From positions 23,002,001-23,066,000 of the forward strand of contig NW_026262723.1 in assembly GCF_021869535.1 (NCBI RefSeq): 64,000 bases of DNA. Reading direction: 5' to 3'. This DNA is from Mytilus californianus. Taxonomy: Eukaryota. Numbering within the stretch: position 1 is the first letter of the stretch; each line of letters starts with the position of its first letter. The position numbers were made by a program, and so were the translations under genes. Below are positions 12,701-27,700 of the stretch, piece after piece. A model generated the notes under the pieces. The model worked only from the letters and a program-made list of their open reading frames with translations. It searched no databases and was not told the origin of the DNA.

Positions 12701-15700
12701 TCAAGGAAATTTTCTCATAAAATGTGTTTTGGAGACTCAATCCACTCAGAATATTTCATTATTAGTAATATTTCACTTAAATAGCAAGAAATTTTAACAC
12801 ATGAGAGTACTCACAAGGTCAAAGGTGCATGTACAGCTTCCCATATTAGGTGTAATACCACCATTGATTTTCCCCTATTAGTCTTTGTTAAATTTGCACT
12901 TTTCAAAAAATTGTGCAGAATTTATCTTTGTTTCAAATAAAGAAATACTTGGCATGAGTAAAGTTTGATCCTGTCCAGTACTATAGAAAAAATTTCACAT
13001 AACATTTCATTGCATATAAGAAAATAACCATCACTGGAAGTTAACCAATCAAATTTTCCCCCTTTTTTAACCTGTGTACAAGCTTTAGTAACCATGTAAC
13101 CTCAAGTTTCCAAAATATTCTATAGAAACCCCAAATAAAAAAATAATGGTGCTTTGAAATACCCAAGATATATGTTTATGACCCAGAAATGTTTTACTGC
13201 AATGAAATGTAGGATCAATTACCTACAACTGTCAAATTCAAGGGAATATTTTTTTTCGACCTATTTTCGTATGCAACCGGATGTGACGTACTATGATTTG
13301 GTGGTATTACACCTATAGGCTTGTATGCAGAATACGTATAATCTACGATATTAAGTATAAGAGATAGGCGAAAGAAATCAAAGTGACCTTCAAACTCATA
13401 AGTCGAAAATAAAGTGACAACGTCATGGCTAAAACAAAAAAAAACAATAATCTATGTAATACAATTTTTCCTTTTCTGTATGACGTTTTATTGACGTTGT
13501 TTTTGTTTTCGTCGGTTTTCTGTACGTTGTCGCTTTTCTTAGACTTGTGGTTCTATTTTGCCTTCTATGCAACTTCTCAATAATAGCGGCAACTCAGAAA
13601 ATCTTGAAACAGCATCAATGTGCTTCTTTATAATGCAGGAAAGTGTTATTTTGTTTCATTTCTTTTTATTGTTTTTGCCTCAAGAATTTTTATGATTAAA
13701 GTGCAAAATAGTTACACGCACGCTTATGATTAAGTCAATAAACAATCTTGTCTTCTAAAAAAAGATTTATTTTTGTCATGATTCACTAGAAAATAATTTT
13801 AAAATCATGAAATGTAATGATGCTGTAATGGTTTATGTGGAAAAATGTTTTAAAAAACATTCTTTACAATTGGGAAAAGATACGAGTGTGCCAAAAACCT
13901 TGAGTCGAAGAAATAAAAATGAATTGACGCGACAGTAGTTTACGATGTTCAAATCTCGTTACTCAATTCAGGGGAAACAAATCAAGGTAACAAAAAAGGA
14001 AAGAAAAAAAAACTAACGGCATCGCATCAACTCCAAAATGAGCGAGTCCAGGTATGTAGACGTCTCCTGCTATTTCAAAATCAGTAGTAGAATATATAAA
14101 ATCAGAATAAAAGAAAAATATTGAAAACAAAACCGTCCTACAAACACCAAACAGACAACTAAGATCAAACAATACAAACCTCATCAAAACTGGGGGTCTG
14201 AACAGGTAAGCAATTCCTACTTAACTACTTAACTAGAAACAAGTACATATATGATAACATTCTTGGATGTCATGCATTTATTAAACTGTTGCAGGATTTT
14301 TCAGAGTTTTAAGAAATAAAACATTTACTCAGATGATGACATCGTATTTGACAAGTGGATGGTTCAGCTACCTACAAAAACTAGGTTTTACCCACCATTT
14401 TCTTCGGAGAATACCTGTATCAAGTCAGTAATATGACAATTGTTTTCCATTCGTTCGGTTGGTTGGTATTGTCGAGCGTTTTATTTTGTCAGGCTTATAG
14501 ACTTCCCCCTTTTTTCATTTACATTGTAGTTTGGTATTTTTGTTAATACTTTGTTTTAGTACTTGTATCGTGGTCGAATATCGGTAGCATGGTCATTGTT
14601 TGTGGTAATACTATAATAAACAGATACATACCTAGACAAGTGAAATCATTCTCTTGATAGAATCCATCATGACATCCACACCAATAGTTTCCCTCTGTGT
14701 TGGTACAGTTAGAGTGCAATGGACAAGGGCTCTCCTTACATTCGTCAATGTCTGTCAAATTTTAATGTTTAAATAGATCTAGTGTCTATTTGTCTAGTTT
14801 GCAGTTGCATAATGTCTTATTTTTATACTAACTATATTGCCAAATCCATCATATCCTTAAGATAATTAGTAATACAATGACATACAAACGATTAGCACTC
14901 GAAAAATGGAATTTATAAATATTCCAAAGTTAAAAATCGAAATCTGATTCAGAAACTGTCAACAATTGAAAAACTCTACATATAAACAAAAAGTATAATT
15001 ATCACATATTGTATTTACGATGAAAAGCGCTCTCCAAGTATCAAGTAAAGATGGAACACTCATGCTTATGATAGATGCTTTGAATACTAGCTTATTTTTT
15101 GAAGTATTCATATTTTCACTATTAATATCAAAACCATGTTGACATCATCTAAACCATTGTATCTATAGTACTGTACAAAAATTCCTCCAGAATTATTCTA
15201 ACATGTAGTAGTAATACAATACATAATAAACCGTTGACACAGAGATATGTCTCGCCAGTCGGCTGAAATTCAGAAAACACTATCATATGGACAGCAACAT
15301 GGTTTATTAACTCAGTCGCTGGTAATGCAATTTTATACAAAATATCATTGATCTATCACATGCAGTTCTTATCAAACTGACTTAAGCAGAAAACTTAACA
15401 TTGAAAATTGCTAATTAATTCAAAGTGACTAGACCATGACCTAGGGGGCAGGGCCCCAAAATAGTCGTCAAACTGATATTCAAAGATAGTAATGCAGCTT
15501 TATAGAAAATATCATTGATCCATCACAAGTAGATCCTATCAAACTAACTTAAGCAGAAAACTTAACATTGAAAATTGCTAATTAATTCAAAGTGACTAGA
15601 CCATGACCTAGGGGGCAGTGCTCCAAAATAGTCGTCAAACTGATATGTAAAGATAGTAATGCAACTTTAAAGAAAATATCATTGATCCATCACAAGTAGA

Positions 15701-18700
15701 TCCTATCAAACTAACTAAAGCAGAAAAATTAACATTGAAAATTGCTAATTAATTTAAAGTCACTGGAACATAACCTAGCGGGCAGGGCCTCGAAATAGTC
15801 GTCAAGCTTATATGTACTGATAGTAATACACCTTATCGCTATTCCCGCTTGACCCGAGAATCTGTCCCACTCGAACTTTTGACGTCATACAACAATCACT
15901 TTTCCATAGTGGCGTTAGACATTTTCTATTATGACGTCAAAATTTTACGGGAACTTGTGTGGTGTCCAGTAATGGCGGACAAATAGCAATAAGGTGTATG
16001 CAACTTTACATTAAATTTCAATGATATATTACATGTAGTTCCTTTCAAACAAACTGAAGCATAAAACTTAACAATTGTTGACGCCCCGTCGCCATCGCCG
16101 GAAAAGAAATCCCTATGTCCTGTTTTCTGCGACTTTTGTTGCAGGCGAGACAGAAATCATTTCTTATAAATAAAAATAACATAATACCCTGACACTGTCC
16201 ATTAAGCAACTGAAATCCTGTTATACAGTTACATGCATAGCTACCAATCGTATTGATACACTCTGTATGATCTGAACATGGAGAAGCCAGACATTCATTT
16301 AAATCTGAAATAAACAACGAATGTGAAAGTGTGACAATCTCAGACATTTGATTAAAAAACAGATCTTACTAAACAAAATTATAAGGTGGAATTTAATATT
16401 AACTGGTAATGTATGTGCCTTTCTTAAATCCTTCATCCTATTTTTGACAGATATAATGACCAGAGAATCATTAAAGAGTTACTTCTTTTAGTGTTTTCAA
16501 TAACTTAGGAAGCCCTACAAAAATTGGTGGAAAACTATGACGTTATAATATAATGCTTTCAAATATTTGTGATAGCTTTCTGGTGCATTATTTCTCAAGT
16601 TTATTAAATTTATTTAATAAAATTTACCTTTGCAATGGTTGTCAATCATCTGATAACCAGAAGTACAGTTACAAGTATAACTGCCATCCGTGTTAATACA
16701 TTTCGATTGTGACGGACAGATTCCATATAAGCATTCATTAACATCTGAAAAAACATTTTCACGTACACATGTAATGTTTTTAAGGTAAGAATATATTCAT
16801 AATTTTCTGTAATTAAATTGGTATATATTTACAATCAAATAAAAACATAATAATCACTACGTTTAAAACTTAAAATATATACTTCCAATAAAATACTTTC
16901 AAAATATAATTGATATTTTGGTTTTTTATCATTTTTATACTTTTTTCTAAGATAATGATATCACCTTGAAAAAGAAAGTTAACTCACCGCGGCATTCTGT
17001 TCCTGTGTTAATGTAACCAGTCAGACACGTACAGGTAAAACTTCCATTAGTGTTCGAACAACTTGAATGTTCAGGACATGGGTTGTTCTTGCATTCATTG
17101 ACATCTACAAAAAGACCCATACATTAGATTGGATATCAGTGGGTACAAAGAAATTTGGGAAAGTCAACTTTATTTTGGGTAGGTTATGACTATTGCATTA
17201 TTTTTATTCCGTCTGTTATTTAACAAAAACCCAATGAGATAGACAATGACAAAATGCGGTGATACCTGAACAATAAGTTCAGGTTTCACCGCATTTTAAA
17301 TTCCAATATTATCAATAATAATGAAATAGTAATATTTTCATAAAATAGCGTATTTTTTCACATCAATAAGTATTACGATAGTTATATTTTTTGCATCCTG
17401 ATTTAAAATTATGTTGTTTTCTGCGTTTGTGACATTTGATACAAAATCGAGTGTGTAGACAGGTTTAAATCACCATTTTCTACATAAGTAAATGCCTGTA
17501 CCAAGACAGGAATATTACAGTTGTTTTCCATTCGTTTGATTTGTTTGAGCTTTTGATTTTGCCATTTAATAAGGGATTTTCCATTTTGAATTTTCCTTAG
17601 AGTTTGGTATTTTTGTTATTTTATTTTTTAACAACATCTAAGTGGTAAAAGTCTTATTTCATACTAGAGAAATTTTTTTTAATTAATCTCTTTTATCATA
17701 CATCGATTAATATGTATTGTATTTGTAAAGAAAACCAATAACATTTGTGCTGATACAGCTGTATAATGAAGTTGAACAATAAAGAGGAACTACTATTAGT
17801 TTATATTAGTCCCAGTTTTGTCGTCATAACTTTGGAATGTTCGCAAAATATCAAAAGGGACAATAAAATAAGCAAAACAGAGTAATTGGAACTTCCAATA
17901 CGCTTCTTGAAAACAATAATTTGAACGACTTAAATCTCAGTATGTTACCTATATTTTAAATTGGATTTAATTAATACTAGTATATTTATTTTTTTCACCA
18001 ACTGGTAACAATAAAACAAAACTTAACTTTCAATATATATGCTTTTTTAAGTGTGATTTTTTTCCCCGAATATTGCCATTTTTTGTATACACTAATATGA
18101 AATATACCTATACAAACGCCACTTGATTCCTGGTAACCATCTCTACAGGTACAACCATAACTTCCCTTTAAGTTGTGGCAAACAGAGTTCATAGGACATG
18201 GGCTATATAAACATTCATTTATGTCTGCAACATATTAGGAAATGTTTTAAAATTAATAATATATAATGTCTTGAACTACATCCCTTTTCGGTTTCCTATT
18301 AATAGATCGCATGCCATTATCTTCTATTTTTTCATGTCATGATTAAAGGTATTTTATTATGCAAGGAAATGCGACGTCAGTCTTAATCAGATTGAATAGA
18401 TAAATAAAAGGTGAACGAAAAAAATTTTATTCGGGTAACATTCTGGTTTTGTTTAAATACTCTAGTATGTTAAAATTATTTGTTTCTATGTTCACTCACG
18501 TATATGTGAACATCAATCGGTGTTCTTGCAATCGTCAGTGTATTTTATGATAAAAAGATATCAAACTCCATGTAAAGTTGAGAACAAAGGATGTGTTATT
18601 CAAAAATGTAAATACTACTCATCTTATTTTTCTTATTTTGTTATTAGCACAGAGGTATAAATACAATTCATTACAAACTGAAAGGCATTACAATTCTTTG

Positions 18701-21700
18701 CTTCATTGAAACCAGGCAATTGAAATCATGACAACATACTATAAGTTTAAAATCACATGAACAACTTTTATCTTAATTCTACAAGGCTGCTAATACAGTG
18801 ATATTATATAGCATAATAAACTATTTTAACTTCTTTAAGTATGAATGATACCTAGGTTTTAATTGTCTAATTTAAGAATGTACTTACCTTCACATGAATC
18901 TTGAGATTTTACAAATCCAGAATGGCAGGTGCATATATAACTTCCATCTGTATTGTTACAAGTTGAATCAGGAGGACACACGTCTTGCAAACATTCATTT
19001 ATGTCTGTAAAATAAAAAAAAATAAACTGTTAATGTATTCTAAATACATAAAGCTTACAGATCTCTCATACATATAATACATATATCTGAAGTGATGTAC
19101 ATAAAACTGAAATACATTATTTTTTTGTCTTTTATATAAACAGATTAATGTTTTTATATTTCTACATTATTTAGGTTTATCAATCAATATTAATCACTAT
19201 AAATGATAAGGCGGATACATTTGAATGAATATTTACGCACCTGTACATACACCACCTATCTTTTGATATCCCTGATGACAAACACAGTAGAATCCACCAT
19301 CTATATTAACACATGTGGAATGGTTATGGCAGACTTCTGGGTCTGAACATTCATTTATATCTAGAAATTAAAAAATCACAATAACAAAGACAAAAGCAGT
19401 AATGAAAAGAAAAACAATCTGAGGAAACGCGAAAGATATTACGGTTCAAGTTCATACACTAGGTATTCGTTCCATATTGACCTTAAGTTTATGTAATAAG
19501 TAGTTTCTATATTCTTTGACAATACTATAATATCATTTGTCACAAAAATATTTAGACATCTAACTGTCTTTTGTAGACTAAACGACCGTCTGGCGTACAC
19601 AATTCTAATCCTGGTATCTATGATGAGTTTATTTAAGTATATTTATCTAAACATTGCATTTTCGTCCAGGTTTTTAGAATGGTAAATACTGGTACGTTTT
19701 AAAACTGTTCAGCTACTTTAATGAAGGAGACTTTGGTAAAGCTATATAATTAAATTTTGGATGTAACACGTCTTCTGATTTGTTTTTTTGTCTTTCAGTT
19801 CATAGACATAATTGTGTCATGTAACCGTGACGTCATCAACGTTCTGTCATGAATTACTTATTCAAAATGGAATTTAAAATAAAATTATAAGGAATGACTG
19901 TATTATTTTTTCTGTCTATTCGAATATTATCTAAAAAATGTGGTGCATAATTTTAAATAACACGCTACGCGGGTTATTCAGTGTGCACCACATTTTTTAT
20001 GTTATTTCTTCATAGACCGAAAAAATATTAGTCACTCCTTAAATAAATCTTGAAAATATCTGGTAAATTTGTGACAACTATATGCATCAATTTACTCTTA
20101 GCTTCTAAGTAACACGTTCATTATTTAAATTCTGTTCATGGATGAAACTTACTATTACAAACTAATAACTGATTTTAAAGAGTTATCTTCCTTAACCCAG
20201 GTTTATGCCCTTAAATGTCGTTAAACTGTTTTTAAAGATAAAATGTACATTTGCAAGTAACCATTGATTATCTTAATTTTATCTTTAAAATACCTAGACA
20301 TGCGCCACTAGACTCATAGAAGCCTTCTTCACAGGTACAGGTAAAACTGCCAACGGTATTGTTGCAATAAGCATGACTTGGACAAGCGTAGTCTAAACAC
20401 TCATTGATATCTGCAAATAAATAATATATTATATTGATTTCGTCAACGTATATTAAGAAAAGTTTTATATATATAAGCAACATGTCGGAGTTTATTAGTA
20501 GGGGAAAATACTTACTCTTCAGGGAAGCCTGCTTATCACTCCTCTCGATTTTTGTTTAGTTTTTCCTTGATATTGCTGATAGTAGCGTTAAACATCAACA
20601 CTCAATCAATCCATCCCCCTTTTTGTAACATTTTGCTCTCGTCATGTCCTTGACAAAAACATATACTACATGCACTACTCGTTGAAGTCATTATTCGGAC
20701 TCACAAAATTATAAAGTGTTATATGAAAGTTTTTTTCTGTTTTCGTGATCATTTTATATAACATTTGAATAAAGAAAATGTTTAAGTCATCCTCTTAATG
20801 GATTGATCGTTCCATAAGTTTACGACTTTTGTGAGGTTTTCCTTCAATGAAATACAAACTAATATAAAACCTTACCTTCACAGAGCTCAACACTGGTTTT
20901 CTTGAAGCCTTCATCGCACATACATTTGTAACTTCCGACAGTGTTCAAACAAGAAGAATTACTTGTGCATATATCTGCCGTCAAACACTCATCCACATCT
21001 GCAAAATTTATTAATAATCAATAATATTTACGCATTCGTCAAATAATTTCTCTTCATTGATGCTCGAGGCCAAAATATTTGAAAGTCTAAAACCTCACAA
21101 CCAACGATGAATAGTTGATAAAACCAAAAAGAACCAAGAGTAAAGCCAAACCAAGACAATAAATCAGAGCTATGCGTGAGGAAGATATTAAAAAACAACA
21201 AATTTAAATATGTATCCTATTAACGAACATGGAAAGTCTGGTAATATGGCCAAATTAAAACATTTGTCAATTGTTTTTATCCTTAAACGCATCCACTGTT
21301 TGTCATAGTCACATCCCGAACCGTCATAGGTCAACTTCAACTACAAGAATTCAGCTAAAGTTCTAAAAGAGAGGCGAAAGATACCAAATGGACATTCAAA
21401 CTCATAAGTCGAAAATAAACTGACAACGCCATGGCTAAAAAACAAAAAGACCAACAGACCAACAGACAAACACTAGTACACAAAACACAACATAGAAAAC
21501 TAAAAACTAAAAGATATGTTATGATAAGATCTAAAACGTCTGAATCAAAGACGACCATAGCAAAGTGATGGCTGTTTCTTTCAATCTTTTTTTAATTTCC
21601 TTTTTCTTCTAACGATTTAATGGTTCCTTTGCTTTTTGAATTTAATAACTTTCATCGTTGCTGTTGAAGATTGACTAAGAATTGCACTCCGAAAGCAATC

Positions 21701-24700
21701 ATTTCGGATAAATCTATCAATACGTCTCATGCACAATATCGTCTTACCTTCACATATGTCATTTTCTTGGTAGAATCCTTCTCTGCATGTACATGTATAA
21801 CTCCCTATTGTATTATTACAAATGGAATACGGTGTACAAAGGTAATTCGTGCACTCATCAATGTCTAAAATAGAACAACAAAATTATCAACAATTTGGGA
21901 AAACATATAAAGATATGTATATACTTTGAAAGACAGTTTATGATATTTTAAAGTGGTAAAACTTCTTACTAAGTCATATTAAGAAAACACATCTGATTCA
22001 ATACTAATTTTGATAAGATAAAGTTTCAGCTAGAAGATATTGTCTACTTTTGGTTATAATCATTTAACTATCCTTATTTTTGAAAATATTGAACGTTTAC
22101 AGTTATTTGTCTACCTGTCAATGAAGCACATGATACCTTAATTGTTGTCAATACACTCATACGAAATATGTACAATAAATACTTGCGAATCTACTCTCCA
22201 GTCGTATTTGTCTATAGTTCACTCAGCATTTAACCCGTAAAGTCTATACCAAAACCTCATCAAAGATGGTAGTTTATTCATCTAAATCTGTTACTTAAAC
22301 GATGAGGATCACAATTTACATACTGATACAAATAATGTCTATTGAACGACAGTTTTTGTGTGACACCTTACTCATACATCTACGATAATGGTCTTCAAAC
22401 GTTCTCACATCAATGCAGCTTCCATGTGACAGCTAACCCACACTGTGGTAAGCATCCGAACGTAATTTTTACGATGAAAATCACAATGCTCTTACCCTTA
22501 CAAGTGCCAACATCCCAGATGTATCCAGGATGGCAAATACAAGTATAATCGTGTCCAGCACTGGAACAATTACTGTTTCCTGGACATGGAGCAGACAAGC
22601 ATGGATCAACTAAAATATCATTAATCAACGTTATATTACTATATTATAAAGTGCGCAACAATGTGTAAACATACACAAATGTAGTATAAATATTAATTTA
22701 TTCAAAGCGTCTGGCGCCAATCACATCGTAACATTCATATTCTTATAGGACGTCCTGTTTTCGTTTTATCGTATGTTCTATGTTAAAATATTTAGGGATA
22801 AGTTTGACACAAAGTCTAATAAGTGTGTCTGTCAATTTGACCATTGACCCTTTTAAGCAAAAGTATGGCCTAAGAATGGTAAATTACAAGTAAACTGTGG
22901 GTTTCGTAATTCATTTCTAAACAAAAGATTAAAAAAGTTCAAAATGTTATCCTAATATTAAGCACGAAACTGTATCTACTTTCAGTTTTTAATGAAAATT
23001 GTCGAGGTTATTTTGTCACGTGCTCCTCGCATATTCTAAATCCTTGCCTTTTCATGTTTTGTGGTTTGAACGTTCCTGGTGAAGGTAAATTGAGAAAAGC
23101 TTCGGGAAAATTATCAAGTGGTTTTTTATTTTAATTTTAGAACGGTTTCCAATTTTCAAAAATATCAACATATAGAAATAATGACCAAATCCCCATATAC
23201 TTTTACTGATAATAAAAAAAAAACAACTACTGACTTGGGCATTCAGACAGGCACATGCAGGTTTTAACTAGTCTTTTTTTCTATTTTGATAGATTTAATA
23301 TTTGTCTTCGTTTTCCGGTTTTCAAAAGACAATTTGATGTGCTGATGAGTATTTTTTTTCTTATTTTGCAGGGATTGACACTGTTAGTTAGACAGATAAT
23401 TCATACAGATCCAATGCACGAATGATTTTTTCAACATTTAAGTTTGTTTCACTTAAAATTGTACAACTCCACATAAAAATCTTCCAAAAGGCGATTTTTT
23501 TTTCGTTGAAATGTGATTACTAGTATTCTGGTTTTTTTATCAGTATGTAAAGTTAAAGCAAACGCTATACACTGTTTCTACTTAACCCGTTTCAATAAGA
23601 AATATATGTTATACGAAGTGCACACTGACAACTATTTAAAGGGGGAGATAACATCATGATGTGCAGTGCATTTTCATGTAACTTTTGAGTCATCGATTTT
23701 CAATGAACGGACAGTATGAAAAAAAAGTATTAACAAAAATACCAAACTCAAACGTGTACCATTTCATGATGGGTATCTTTGCAATTTTTATTCATATAAA
23801 TATAAAAATAAGGAGATGAGGTATGATTGCAAATGAGACAACTATCCACCAAAGTTCAAATAAAGTGGATGTAAGCAATTATAGGCAACCGTACGGCCTT
23901 CAACAATGAGAAAAACCCATACCGTATAGTCGGCTATAAAAGGTCCCGACATGAAAAAACATGAAACAATTCAATTGAGAAAACTAACAGCCTAATTTAT
24001 AACAAAACAATTAACGAAAAACAAATATGACAGAATGAACCAACGACAACCACTGAACTACAAGCTCCTGACTTGGAACAGGCACATAAAGAATGTGGCG
24101 GGGTTAAACATGTTTGTGAGCGCTCAACTTTCCCCCTAACCTGGGACAGTGGTGTAACAGCACAACATAAGAACAAACTATAAAAATCAGTTGAAAAAGG
24201 CTTAACTCATCAGATCGATACAAAGCAAAAAAACATCAATTATAAACACAGACCGGACGTGGCAGAGTATTTATCCAACCCTCATCCCTAAAAACAAAAA
24301 GGACACTCAGTACAGATCTGAGAGTACTCACAGTTACTTACAGCTAGTTCAAAGCCAATAACAACTAATAATAAAAATCATGTATCTAAGACTAAAATAG
24401 CAATCAGTACACATTCAACATCCAATGGATTTAGTGTAAAGACGTCATTAACAGTCAGAGAAAACATGACCTTGTGCAAAGCCAAAATGACAAAGGATCA
24501 ACAGATTATAGTACCGTTAAAGTGCATATGTGTATAACAAACTTATTAGTATGATTTTAATTTACTGATAACAAAATCAATATTTATACCAATAAAAACA
24601 ATATTCAAAGATCTAATTACAGTTTTGAATTGGTAACCTTTTAGAATAAGTTTATTTAAAGGATTCATAAGTTTACCCGGATCGTATATAAATTTCCGTG

Positions 24701-27700
24701 CTCGGTAAACAACATCACCGTAAAATTTAGGATGTGCTATTCCGTCTGAAATAAGTTTTTTACAGGTACAGCCAAACTTGCAACCAAATCTTTGTATCTA
24801 TGAAAGAATTTAGTAAAGGTTTTAAGTAATTTGTGGTTACGAAATCCCTGACTAAATAATTTACCAGTAATACATAGATTACGCTCATTGAAATCCAAAA
24901 CGTCACTACAGACACGAGTTGGGATATATAAACACCCTAAGATGGTGCCAGAGGAACATCACAGTCCAAAAATGGAAAATTAACAATAGGAAAAGAAAAA
25001 TCATACCTTTTGTCACTTTTTTCAAAATTTGCCTGTTTGTTTGATGCACTACTACCTAATTAAAAAACTTACTGTAAGGTGTTGTTAAAGGTGGAGTTGT
25101 AACAACATCTTCAGCAGAGGTCGTTCTCGATCCTTGTTCTTATAAAAAATAAATGTGTAAATCTGATTTCAATACAAGTTCTAGTTCTGCTTATAAGCTA
25201 AACATTTTCGTCATTGCATTGCACAGATAAAACATACATAATGTCTGGTTAAGTAGATGATTAAACAAACTTAAACAAAACATCATATCATAAAAAGAAA
25301 AGTACCACACTTTCACATTGATGAACCTAGGAATTCCTCTTCGGAATCAGGGGTTGGATTATGCCTAGCGGTCATAAAAATTTTGAGCACGATTATCGTA
25401 CTCAGACTAAAACATCAAACAATCACAATACTGAATTTGGTGTTTCGAGCACAAGTTATGTTCACCGAGTACTGAGTAAAGTTTTATGACCGAGGGCCTA
25501 GGGCTAGACACACATTACTGTCTTGTCATAATATATATCAACAAAATGTCCTGCGTACTACGACGGGTGATATAAGTGGAGCAGAAAATGATTAGCTAAC
25601 CAATTAGCATTCCTCTACCTCCAGTTTTTAGTAAAATTCGTGTTTTCTTTCTTCTGTTTTTTCTTTGTACTGTTATGTTTTGTCTTAGTATTTGGTATAG
25701 GCTTACTTGTTCATGCCATTAGTCCGGTCACTCCTCTTTTCTCAATTCGAACAAATCAACTTATTCTACATGTGTTCTCATTTTGATTATGCGTTTGATA
25801 ATTGTTGAACAAATAAAATCAATCAAATGTAGTAGACCCTTTTAAATCGTTCTATTTTGAAGCAATATTATATTAATGAACTAGTAACAGAATATTATTA
25901 AACAATATATTTTCAATGTACGGCATTTAAACGCATAACGTAAGAATGACGTTTTTAATTGCTATTACGTTTATTTATTTATTAAAAAATAGTCATCTTA
26001 CCTATAAAGGAAGTCTCTTGGTCTTTAATAACGTATCCAGGATTACTGACGGCATGATACCCTTGGTTGAGCTTCGTCTTCATAGTTGACGCATCATATT
26101 CTACATTAATCACTATGACGTCAAACCGTACTATTATACTGCCAGGTCTATAAATCATACACATGGAACATTGCATCAAATTGTTCACCTTGATTTTCTT
26201 AATTTTGTTGAATTTAGGCACAAAAATGGTACCTTTTATTCGTTCCATTTGCATTTGATTTTTGTAATTTGATCTTTCAACAACATTTCCACATGAATTT
26301 TGTAAAACTAATTTATATGAATACAAACCAAAACAAAATTTAGGGTATATTATATGAGAAAAAATTCATTCAACATTAATTGTTTACTAATAAAATCTGT
26401 CTTCGTATAAAAATACTAATAAGGAAATTATTGTACATCCGCAATTGCCATTATAGTTATTCAAATTGACCAATACGTAATTTTCTTCATATCAATTCGC
26501 TTAGTTTACTTCAGTGATAGAAAGAGCTACATATCTATTAGATAAATACATGTACAAGTAATTTCAGATGCTATCATAACCACATCAGGGAACTTAGTCA
26601 AAATTACAAACAAAATCAGTGCATTCAATGTATCTGTGTTTGATAGATTTAATCAGTTGTCACCATTTGTCGGTGGTTTTCTGAGATTGTACGCGACAGA
26701 TGTATCAAGCAATCAATTAAATGTTATGTTGAGGCGAATATAGCATAATAATACTTACTCGAAACCTGTTATAATGATATCATCTATGAGTCCTGCTAAG
26801 TCGGAATTGGCGAAAAGCATCATTAGCTGAAACAGAATGATTAAAACTAAAGTAAGATTATCACAAAACATCAAAGAAGTGCACAATCCTGTTGAAACTT
26901 TATTTTTAGATAACAGAAAGACATTGTTATGTTAACTCTTTTGTATTGATAAAAATTTGATAATAAATTATACAAATATAATGCAATTTTCAGCATATAA
27001 AAATGATTGATGATTATAATCAAACATCAATAAAACAAATGTTGTCAGCAAACTATACTTACAAATTGCCTTATGTGTTCAGCTTTATCCTTAAATGCTT
27101 GTGAATTAGGATCATCAAGGTTATCATCCCATTCTTCATCTGTTACAATCTGTCCTTGGTATTCTGTTTTAGATACTTCACTTCCCGAATCTGTTACCAA
27201 TCCGTTATTGGTCGGAGTAGTACTTTTATAAACCGTATTTTCTGTAGTTTTCCAATTCGCCTCTTCTACCGTCGACAAATGTGCCAGATTTTGCAATGTT
27301 GATGTATCTACTGTGGCCACACTACTTTTGTCAGTTGTTGTTTTAACCTTCGGTATTGTATATAACTCAGTTGATATATCGTTTGAAGTCGTATCAGTAA
27401 TACCTGACATATTAAATATGTCTTCTGTAGTAGTAAGGTATTTATCAGTGATTGTTGTCCTGTCTGTGGTTATTTTCTGATCTTCTGTAACATCAGTGGT
27501 TGTAATAGCAGTGGTTTCTTGTTGCGTTCCTTCTGGTGTTGTTCCATAAATTGTAGTATTTTGCTTTGTTAAGGCGGTTGACCTAATCATTGTGTATAAA
27601 TTTGTTGGTGTGCTGTCAGACGTTTTTGAGATATCCACTGTTGTTTGTGTGGTCATTGAAATGGAAGACGTGTCTGCTGTAGTTTTAATTATTTTTGAAG

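Noticed and set aside
22330-22430. Cys-containing patch (SHGSCIDV..) with a GTAAGG donor as a degenerate EGF exon
   Set aside because: There is a stop upstream in frame, no acceptor, and too few cysteines.
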